IMG/VR virus record: IMGVR_UViG_3300029309_000020
DNA from: an uncultured virus (IMG/VR IMGVR_UViG_3300029309_000020)
Taxonomy: Duplodnaviria > Heunggongvirae > Uroviricota > Caudoviricetes
Reading direction: 5' to 3' (one strand)
DNA: 20,000 nt
The notes beneath the pieces were generated by a model. It worked only from the letters and a program-made list of their open reading frames with translations. It did no database searches and was not told the origin of the DNA. Below, one piece after another: positions 5,862 through 12,386 of the stretch (positions are counted from its first letter, which is position 1; every line of letters starts with the position of its first letter). The position numbers were made by a program, and so were the translations under genes.

Positions 5862-5990
5862 TTATATACTATGTTTAATTATTAATCTTTCATTTTCACT
5901 TAAGTTATAATATCTTTTTAGTTTATAACTTAATAACTCTTTATTCATATTTGTGTTTTTATAACTTTCTATTATTTTATTTAATTTCAT
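5862..5990 (-). CDS. Small hypothetical protein (42 aa)
   Basis: Manual translation MKLNKIIESYKNTNMNKELLSYKLKRYYNLSENERLIIKHSI; A-rich leader. Confidence 0.45.
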   Translation of the reverse strand: MKLNKIIESYKNTNMNKELLSYKLKRYYNLSENERLIIKHSI

Positions 5991-6017
5991 ATTTTTATAT
6001 TTTTATTTTTTTATATT

Positions 6018-6182
6018 TTATTTAAATATATTATACTTATAATCTTTATTATTTTCTAATCTTTTAAAATCTTTTATATTATTATTTTTAATATATTTTA
6101 ACATTTCTTTTTCTTCTTCTTTATAATTATTATAATCTAATTCAAAGAAATCATTATTAATTTTATAAGTTATATATTTCAT
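6018..6182 (-). CDS. Small hypothetical protein (54 aa)
   Basis: Manual translation MKYITYKINNDFFELDYNNYKEEEKEMLKYIKNNNIKDFKRLENNKDYKYNIFK; directly downstream of promoter copy 3. Confidence 0.55.
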   Translation of the reverse strand: MKYITYKINNDFFELDYNNYKEEEKEMLKYIKNNNIKDFKRLENNKDYKYNIFK

Positions 6183-6200
6183 ATTTATTTTATTTACATT

Positions 6201-6236
6201 ATTATTATCACTTTATTATATATTTTGTAACGTATT
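6201..6236 (-). promoter_or_regulatory. Repeated promoter-like motif, copy 3
   Basis: Plus strand ATTATTATCACT-N13-TGTAACGTATT; intergenic. Confidence 0.8.
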
Positions 6237-6237
6237 T

Positions 6238-6456
6238 TTATATATTATTTAAAGTATTTTTTAAATTATTTTTATTTATAAAACTTAAACCTTTATAAGT
6301 AAAATCTATAATATTTTTATTTTTTATAAATTCTTTTAAAGTAAACAAATCATTTATTTTAAAACCTATATAAGTTGTGTTTTTAATTTTTATTTTTTTA
6401 GTATAAATTAGTTTAGATTTGTAGTGATTTGTTTTTAAGTTTTTTAAATTTGACAT
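6238..6456 (-). CDS. Lys/Asn-rich hypothetical protein; first gene of the left arm
   Basis: ORF track; lies between promoter copies 3 and 4. Confidence 0.6.
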   Translation of the reverse strand: MSNLKNLKTNHYKSKLIYTKKIKIKNTTYIGFKINDLFTLKEFIKNKNIIDFTYKGLSFINKNNLKNTLNNI

Positions 6457-6480
6457 TGTATTTTATTTTTTAATTACACT

Positions 6481-6515
6481 TATATTATCACATTGGTATA
6501 AGATCTGTAACGTAT
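6481..6515 (-). promoter_or_regulatory. Repeated promoter-like motif, copy 4
   Basis: Plus strand TATATTATCACA-N13-TGTAACGTAT; upstream of the first left-arm gene. Confidence 0.8.
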
Positions 6516-6983
6516 ATTATATAAAATTAATTCAAAAGTATACTTTTTATAAAATTTATGTAATATATATTATAGATATATAAATTATTTAGTAAAGTAA
6601 TATAAACATTGTTAATATAATAATAAAATGTATTAAACTCTGTTAATATAATAATTTATAAAATACGTATATAGTCCGATTGTTATATTAGTGACAATAT
6701 ATAAAAAAGTTTGAATATATAATAATAAAACTAGATATTTACTGACAATATATTAATACAATGTACACAATACTGAGTATATAACAGTATAATGTACATG
6801 TAATTGATAATTAAGTAGTTACAAACTGCTAATAATACAGTAATGTTAACAAATGTATATAAATGATGCAATACATAGGGGCATAGGTTGCTAATATGGC
6901 TTTAAATTATAGCTTTTATTGCTAAATATGTAATGCAACACAACAATTCTATTTATCTGACAAGTAATTTAAATTAAGCTTAT
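6516..6983. other. AT-rich non-coding spacer between divergent arms (possible origin, genome end or control region)
   Basis: No ORF in the track; the coding strand switches here; contains short direct repeats. Confidence 0.55.
6610..6655. repeat. 15-bp direct repeat TGTTAATATAATAAT x2 (31-bp period)
   Basis: Copies at 6610-6624 and 6641-6655, both preceded by TAAACnn. Confidence 0.6.
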
Positions 6984-7220
6984 ATGCCTGATGCTTTTGT
7001 AAAAAACAACTTATCTGTAGTTATTTCTTTCATTGTGGCTGTGTTTACTGCAGGTGGTATATTCTCTGAGTTCACAGCTTTAAAAGATGAGATATCATTA
7101 GTGCATGAGAGACTTGATGAAAAGATAACAGTTATATTGCGTCTTGAGGAACGTATCCTTGAGATAGAAAAGCATATAGAATATGAAAAAGGATTCTTAG
7201 ATGCTAAAAATAATAAATAA
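6984..7220 (+). CDS. Membrane-anchored coiled-coil protein (holin/spanin-like)
   Basis: N-terminal transmembrane-like segment LSVVISFIVAVFTAGGIF followed by a heptad-rich helix. Confidence 0.6.
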   Translation: MPDAFVKNNLSVVISFIVAVFTAGGIFSEFTALKDEISLVHERLDEKITVILRLEERILEIEKHIEYEKGFLDAKNNK

Positions 7221-7238
7221 CCTTAAAACCTTAACCAA

Positions 7239-7532
7239 ATGACTTATTATTACCAATTCACCAGTAACCGAGCTCAAAGCCAAGACCTGGTACAAATGAA
7301 GAAAACTTTAAAACATGTATCCAACAAGGCTAACTGGCGTATAGTTGAGCTAGCCAATGGATTCTACCAATGCGAGTACAAACCACTAGATGGTAACGAA
7401 GACGCTAAATGGGTAGATACCACCCGTAGAGAAACCATAGAGGGTGCAGAACGTGCAATCGATGCTTCTATAGATCATTATAAAAAGAAGCTCCGCGCGT
7501 TTGAAGGCCCTAAAGTAGTAAAAACATTTTAA
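7239..7532 (+). CDS. Conserved phage hypothetical protein
   Basis: ORF track; NWRIVELANGFYQ...TRRETIEGAE...GPKVVKTF. Confidence 0.8.
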   Translation: MTYYYQFTSNRAQSQDLVQMKKTLKHVSNKANWRIVELANGFYQCEYKPLDGNEDAKWVDTTRRETIEGAERAIDASIDHYKKKLRAFEGPKVVKTF

Positions 7533-7541
7533 AAATTAATT

Positions 7542-7682
7542 ATGGCACCACTTAAAAGAGTAACTCCTTTTACGAAAAAAGATTATTGTTATCACAAAGT
7601 AAAGCGTACGTATAAGGTATTCCCTTCTGCGTATGCTTCTGGTGCTATTGCGAAATGCAGAAAAAAAAGAGCTAGAGGATGA
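7542..7682 (+). CDS. Small basic phage protein (46 aa)
   Basis: Manual translation MAPLKRVTPFTKKDYCYHKVKRTYKVFPSAYASGAIAKCRKKRARG. The PSAYASGA motif is recalled from aquatic phage proteins; ATGA overlap with the next gene. Confidence 0.75.
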   Translation: MAPLKRVTPFTKKDYCYHKVKRTYKVFPSAYASGAIAKCRKKRARG

Positions 7683-8092
7683 ACATGCCTAAAAACGGAG
7701 TGGCCAAGGAAATTCGCCATTATATTGGCAGTTTATTTATTTTCTTATTTGTAATTGCGATCATCGTTGCTCTGATACAGTACCCTGTACTTGACGGTAA
7801 CAAAGAAGTAGTTATGATGCTCATCGGTACTATTTCTGCATCTATTGGAATAGTAGTATCTACAATCACAGGAACTAAGCCAGATGATGTGACCGCGCTT
7901 AAGATGGACATAGAGAGGAAGCAACTTTCAATTGACCACTTAACAAAATCAAAAGATGACCTAGAAAGAATGGTTATCGATCTTCAAAGGGAAATGTTAA
8001 AGAACCAAGATGACATTATGGATAAAGTTATCTTAAAAGCTGCTCTTGACTACGACGATAGAGCTAAAGCTAAAGAACTATTAAACAAATAA
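7679..8092 (+). CDS. Two-TM holin-like membrane protein with coiled-coil tail
   Basis: Two hydrophobic helices (YIGSLFIFLFVIAIIVALI; VVMMLIGTISASIGIVVS) then a charged coiled-coil. Confidence 0.65.
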   Translation: MNMPKNGVAKEIRHYIGSLFIFLFVIAIIVALIQYPVLDGNKEVVMMLIGTISASIGIVVSTITGTKPDDVTALKMDIERKQLSIDHLTKSKDDLERMVIDLQREMLKNQDDIMDKVILKAALDYDDRAKAKELLNK

Positions 8093-8093
8093 A

Positions 8094-8372
8094 ATGCCAG
8101 TACGAAAAACACAAAAAGGAGCAAATCTTAGACGTTGGTTTAAAGAAAAGTGGACCGACGAAAAAGGTAATCCTTGTGGGTCTAGAAAAAACAAGAGTGT
8201 AAAAAAATGTCGCCCTTCTAGACGTATATCTGGTAAGACCGTAAAAACCTGGAGTGAGATGTCTGCATCTGAAAAACGTAAGGCTGTTGCTGAAAAGAAA
8301 CGTGTAGGCATGGGCAAGCGTACATCTCAAATACGTAGAAAAAGAAAAAATGCCAAAAAGAAAAGATCCTAA
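8094..8372 (+). CDS. Basic phage protein
   Basis: LRRWFKEKW...PCG...KCRPSRRIS; K/R-rich. Confidence 0.8.
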   Translation: MPVRKTQKGANLRRWFKEKWTDEKGNPCGSRKNKSVKKCRPSRRISGKTVKTWSEMSASEKRKAVAEKKRVGMGKRTSQIRRKRKNAKKKRS

Positions 8373-8646
8373 AGTCGGAACGGGTAAAAAGCCTAAAGGT
8401 TCCGGTAGAAGATTATACACAGACGAAAATCCTAAAGACACGGTTAGTATAAAGTTTAAAACTCCTGCAGATGCTAGGGCTACAGTTGCTAAAGTAAAAA
8501 AAGTAAATAAGCCTTTTGCAAGGAAAATACAAATATTAACTGTTGGAGAACAACGTGCCCGTGTCATGGGAAAACGTCAGGTAGCGGCAATATTTAAAAA
8601 AGGTAAAGAACAAATACGTAAAGCACATGGACGCAAGAAAACTTAA
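8350..8646 (+). CDS. Basic phage protein
   Basis: DPKVGTGKKPKGSGRRLYTDENPKDTVSIKF...RKIQILTV.EQRA. Confidence 0.8.
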   Translation: MPKRKDPKVGTGKKPKGSGRRLYTDENPKDTVSIKFKTPADARATVAKVKKVNKPFARKIQILTVGEQRARVMGKRQVAAIFKKGKEQIRKAHGRKKT

Positions 8647-8746
8647 AAAAATATCTGCAGAACTTAAAAAGGCATCTGCGATGCATAAAGGGCAAGCTGC
8701 TAAAATAGACGCTATGCTAAAATCAATGAACACTAAAAAGAAGTAA
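8627..8746 (+). CDS. Small basic protein (39 aa)
   Basis: Manual translation MDARKLKKISAELKKASAMHKGQAAKIDAMLKSMNTKKK. Confidence 0.7.
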   Translation: MDARKLKKISAELKKASAMHKGQAAKIDAMLKSMNTKKK

Positions 8747-8748
8747 TC

Positions 8749-8913
8749 ATGGGAATGAAAGGACCAAAAGCGTATCCTAACGCTATCAAAGCAATTTTAG
8801 GAAGAAAAGAAAAAGGTGCAAAAACTAGCCGCAAAGGCATGGGCACAACTCCATATAAAAGAATGGAAGGCATGGGCGGAAAGCTTTTAAGAAGAATGAA
8901 AAACTATTATTAA
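8749..8913 (+). CDS. Small basic Met/Gly/Lys-rich protein (54 aa)
   Basis: Manual translation MGMKGPKAYPNAIKAILGRKEKGAKTSRKGMGTTPYKRMEGMGGKLLRRMKNYY; fills the gap exactly. Confidence 0.7.
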   Translation: MGMKGPKAYPNAIKAILGRKEKGAKTSRKGMGTTPYKRMEGMGGKLLRRMKNYY

Positions 8914-8914
8914 G

Positions 8915-9172
8915 ATGGCAGGAACAGACAGATCAGCTGATATAATGCCTATGCAATCTTTGTTTGCTAGAGCAACAGGATACTTCCCTCCGGCTACGCC
9001 CAGATATAATAGCGCTCTTGCAAAACCTATACCTGAGGATGCAAAAGGTTTGCAAAAATTAGATGCAAAAGTGCAAAAAAACATGGGTTTTACAGAAGAT
9101 GAAGATGGTAATCCAATTACGAGACACCTGAAATTTTGTAGCGGTATGTCTAAACCTTATAAAAGAAAATAG
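8915..9172 (+). CDS. Hypothetical protein
   Basis: ORF track; tightly packed in the operon. Confidence 0.7.
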   Translation: MAGTDRSADIMPMQSLFARATGYFPPATPRYNSALAKPIPEDAKGLQKLDAKVQKNMGFTEDEDGNPITRHLKFCSGMSKPYKRK

Positions 9173-9191
9173 TATACTGCTTTAAAAAAAA

Positions 9192-9377
9192 ATGAAACAG
9201 TTACTTGCTACCGTATTGTTAATTTTAAGTTACTCCTGTGCATCTATAAAAGGTCAGGCGTATATTGATATTAATGAAAACATTGATTATGAAAGAAACG
9301 AAGATCTCAGATATAGAACTCGTTTCAAGGTAGGCTATAAAATATACTTAGGGGACAAACACACAATTAAAAAATAA
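9192..9377 (+). CDS. Putative small lipoprotein
   Basis: MKQLLATVLLILSYSC: basic start, hydrophobic core and a lipobox-like Cys at position 16. Confidence 0.6.
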   Translation: MKQLLATVLLILSYSCASIKGQAYIDINENIDYERNEDLRYRTRFKVGYKIYLGDKHTIKK

Positions 9378-9381
9378 TATT

Positions 9382-9480
9382 ATGCCTTACGTTAGTGATG
9401 CGCAGCGTAAAGCTGTGTGGGCCAGTAAAAATGAAAGAAAGGCTAAAAGGAAAAAGAAAAGAAAGAAAAGAAAAAGATAA
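9382..9480 (+). CDS. Protamine-like micro-protein (32 aa)
   Basis: Manual translation MPYVSDAQRKAVWASKNERKAKRKKKRKKRKR; TAATG coupling to the next gene. Confidence 0.7.
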   Translation: MPYVSDAQRKAVWASKNERKAKRKKKRKKRKR

Positions 9481-9719
9481 TGCCACAGAAACTAAGTCCT
9501 AGGGCTAGAAAAGCAAAACTAGCCCGTGACCTTAAAACAGCAAAAACTTCACGCCGCACAAGGATGAAAGCGGAAAACCAAAGAAAGAGAAGAGCTGCTA
9601 TAAAAAGGGGTAAGATAATAGTAGGGCTTGATTATGACCATACCGCTAAAAAATTTGTTTCTATTAAAAAAAACAGAGGTGGTTATGGTAAAGGTACAAA
9701 GAAAAACAACACAAAATGA
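9480..9719 (+). CDS. Basic protein with a degenerate HNH-like segment
   Basis: K/R-rich; GLDYDH...FVS.K.NRG. Confidence 0.7.
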   Translation: MPQKLSPRARKAKLARDLKTAKTSRRTRMKAENQRKRRAAIKRGKIIVGLDYDHTAKKFVSIKKNRGGYGKGTKKNNTK

Positions 9720-10063
9720 GTAAAACTTTTATGCACAAGCATGCAACTTGCACTTGTGGTATGAGCCCTCTTAGTAGACGTAAGTCTAATGCACCTTCAA
9801 GAAAGAAGTCATTAGGATATTACGGCAAAGTAAAAAAGGGTAAAGGCACCGGTAAATCAGCCGGTGGTGGTATGACCGCAAGGGGCGTTGCTAAATATAG
9901 AAGAGATAATCCAGGATCTAAATTAAAGACTGCGGTTACAACACCTCCTTCTAAATTAAAAAGAGGTAGTAAAGCTTGGAAAAGAAGAAAATCTTTTTGT
10001 GCTAGATCTCGTAGCTGGAAATCTGAAAGGGGCAGAGCTGCAAGACGTAAATGGAATTGCTAA
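9716..10063 (+). CDS. Basic phage protein
   Basis: GGGMTARGVAKYRRDNPGSKLKTAVT...RRKSFCARS...RKWNC motif, recalled from aquatic phage proteins. Confidence 0.8.
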   Translation: MSKTFMHKHATCTCGMSPLSRRKSNAPSRKKSLGYYGKVKKGKGTGKSAGGGMTARGVAKYRRDNPGSKLKTAVTTPPSKLKRGSKAWKRRKSFCARSRSWKSERGRAARRKWNC

Positions 10064-10091
10064 AATAAATAATTAAATTAAATCTAATCAA

Positions 10092-11687
10092 ATGGCGGTA
10101 CAGTTTGGTAGTCCAAATATTGTAAAAAATTTAAGCTTTGGCAAAGATGCTAAAGACAAACTAATTAAAGGCATAGACAAACTATCCGAGGCAGTAGCTA
10201 CAACGCTGGGTGCTTCCGGTAGAACTGTTGTGCTTGAGGATGACTTCGGTAATCCCCATGTAACTAAAGATGGGGTTACAGTTGCTAATTATATAAATCT
10301 AGATGATCCTATAGAAAATCTTGGCGTAAATATGCTAAGACAAGCATCTAGGCAAACAGCAACTAAAGCGGGTGACGGTACAACTACTTCTACTGTACTG
10401 GCCCAGAGTATTATTAAAAATTATTTCAAATTAGGAGGTGATGAGTATTCTTTCCGCGATGTAAGAAGCGGGATGAATAAACTTGTCAAACATGTCGTGA
10501 ATTTCCTAGATAAGAAAGCTTTGCCTGTAGATAATAAAAGATTGAACCAAGTGTCAACTATATCGTGTAATAATGACGAGTCACTTGGCGATTTTATTGC
10601 CCAGGCTTTTGAAGCGGCTGGCGACAACGGTGTCGTAACAATGGAATCATCTCCTACAAATGAAACGTATATTGAAACTGTAGACGGTACTCATATTAAG
10701 TCTATAAGCAAAAGTATACATTTTTATACAAACAAAGAGAAGGAAATATCTGAATTAGAAAAGCCATTAATATTTTTATGTGCTTCTGAAATTAAAAATA
10801 TCAGACGAATTCAAACGATATTAGAGTATGCGATTAAACAAAATAAATCGCTATTACTCATTGCTCCTTGCGATAACCAAATCATTTCTGCTTTAGCAAT
10901 GAATCACGTAAAGGGCAATATACGTTGCAATATTATCGATCCGCCATCTTTTGGGTTAAAGAGAAAGGATATACTTGATGATATTGCCCTTCTTACGGGT
11001 GCTACTGTATTAGATGAAAATTTAGGAGATTCACTTGACAATATCACCCCTGAAGTGTTAGGAGTAGCCAAGAAGGCTATTATAGATACTGACGGTACTA
11101 CTATAGCAATAGAAAATGTATCTGAGGAAGTTAAAGAACGAGTTAAATACTTAGAAGAGCAACTAGCGGATGAAAAGCATCATGTAATGCGCCCTCACTT
11201 AGAAAGCAGACTAGCTATACTAAATGGTGGCGTATCAATCGTTTATGTAGGTGGTGATACAGAAGTAGAAGTATCAGAAAAAAAAGATAGGGTTGACGAT
11301 GCAATCCACGCTGTAAGAGCCGCTAAAAAAGAAGGTATATTGCCAGGTGGTGGTACAGCTTTATTATTTGCAGCGGCAAGCGATTGGCAAGAAACACTAA
11401 ATCAAGGTGAATACTCTGGCCTTCAAATATTAAAAGCAGCACTTGCTTCACCTTATTTAAGAATAATACAAAATGCAGGATTAGACCCTGAAAGTATTAA
11501 AATTTCTAAATGGGGTAGAGGCGTAGATGTAACCAAAGGTGTAAATGTAGATATGATTAAAAAAGGTATTATAGATCCTTTACTTGTTACAAAATCAGCA
11601 CTTCTTAATGCTGTTTCAGTTGCTACAACTATATTATCGACCGATTGTGTAATTTCAAATGTTAGAGATTATGAAGGCGATAGGTAA
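10092..11687 (+). CDS. groEL: Chaperonin GroEL (phage-encoded)
   Basis: TKDGVTVA, AGDGTTTSTVLA, KKDRVDDAIHA, EGILPGGG and GIIDP motifs; 531 aa; no GGM tail. Confidence 0.97.
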   Translation: MAVQFGSPNIVKNLSFGKDAKDKLIKGIDKLSEAVATTLGASGRTVVLEDDFGNPHVTKDGVTVANYINLDDPIENLGVNMLRQASRQTATKAGDGTTTSTVLAQSIIKNYFKLGGDEYSFRDVRSGMNKLVKHVVNFLDKKALPVDNKRLNQVSTISCNNDESLGDFIAQAFEAAGDNGVVTMESSPTNETYIETVDGTHIKSISKSIHFYTNKEKEISELEKPLIFLCASEIKNIRRIQTILEYAIKQNKSLLLIAPCDNQIISALAMNHVKGNIRCNIIDPPSFGLKRKDILDDIALLTGATVLDENLGDSLDNITPEVLGVAKKAIIDTDGTTIAIENVSEEVKERVKYLEEQLADEKHHVMRPHLESRLAILNGGVSIVYVGGDTEVEVSEKKDRVDDAIHAVRAAKKEGILPGGGTALLFAAASDWQETLNQGEYSGLQILKAALASPYLRIIQNAGLDPESIKISKWGRGVDVTKGVNVDMIKKGIIDPLLVTKSALLNAVSVATTILSTDCVISNVRDYEGDR

Positions 11688-11931
11688 GTATATAATTATA
11701 GAAGAATTAAAAGAAGATATAAAAAAGACCGATGGCGGTCTTATGCTCGCGGAAAGTCATAGAGAAGATATACGTTACAGAAAAGGTAAAGTTATATCTA
11801 TAGGCACAAATGTAAATGGTATTGAAGAAGGCGATTGTATATGGTATGACAGGCACGCGGGTAATAACTTAGAAATAGATAATACTATTTTTAAAGTTAT
11901 AGAAGAAAGAGATGTAATTATAGTTTTATAA
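11671..11931 (+). CDS. groES: Co-chaperonin GroES
   Basis: MKAIGKYIIIEE...TDGGLML...GKVISIG...GD.I.Y...VIEERDVI; adjacent to groEL. Start re-called from 11659 to 11671. Confidence 0.92.
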   Translation: MKAIGKYIIIEELKEDIKKTDGGLMLAESHREDIRYRKGKVISIGTNVNGIEEGDCIWYDRHAGNNLEIDNTIFKVIEERDVIIVL

Positions 11932-12386
11932 TGAATCGCGAAGATTTTGTAGAAAGAGGAGAAGTTAAAGTTGATTTTCTTAAATATTATAGGCTTGTTT
12001 CAAGATGGGCTTGTAAAGAAAACAATATATCAATTTCAGACCTAGAATTACTATTTTATTTAGATCCTATTAAATACTTTACAATACAAGATTTTAAAGA
12101 CGGTACGTTTTATTATAACTGGGATAAAATGCGGTTTTATAGATTACAGTCGCAAGAGTGGTTAACTAAGGTGCATAAAGGCAATGGAAGACTTGGTGAC
12201 CATAATAAATATACAGTTAGTTCTAAGGGCCAAAGGCTAATAGCCCGTATATATAGAATTTTAATAGGAAAAGAAAAATTACCTGAGTCAGCTCGTAGAA
12301 GTAAGATTATGCGCAAAGAAACATATATAGATAAAGTATATGCTCAGGCAATAAATAAATTTAACAAAAGTAATTTAGATGGCTAG
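11931..12386 (+). CDS. Putative winged-helix (MarR-like) DNA-binding protein
   Basis: ISISDLELLFYL...RL....W...V...YTVSSKGQRLI pattern. Confidence 0.5.
   Translation: MNREDFVERGEVKVDFLKYYRLVSRWACKENNISISDLELLFYLDPIKYFTIQDFKDGTFYYNWDKMRFYRLQSQEWLTKVHKGNGRLGDHNKYTVSSKGQRLIARIYRILIGKEKLPESARRSKIMRKETYIDKVYAQAINKFNKSNLDG

Noticed and set aside
4064..6515. CRISPR array
   Set aside because: The repeats are bipartite, irregularly spaced hundreds of bp apart and separated by genes.
6662..6701. Plus-strand copy of the motif (AATACGT...AGTGACAATATA)
   Set aside because: Spacing is 4 nt too long and both halves are degenerate.
6962..12377. AAGTAATTTA before the first right-arm gene (6962) and the fibre gene (12368) as a late promoter
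   Set aside because: Only two exact copies of an AT-rich 10-mer, one inside coding sequence; not distinguishable from chance without genome-wide counts.
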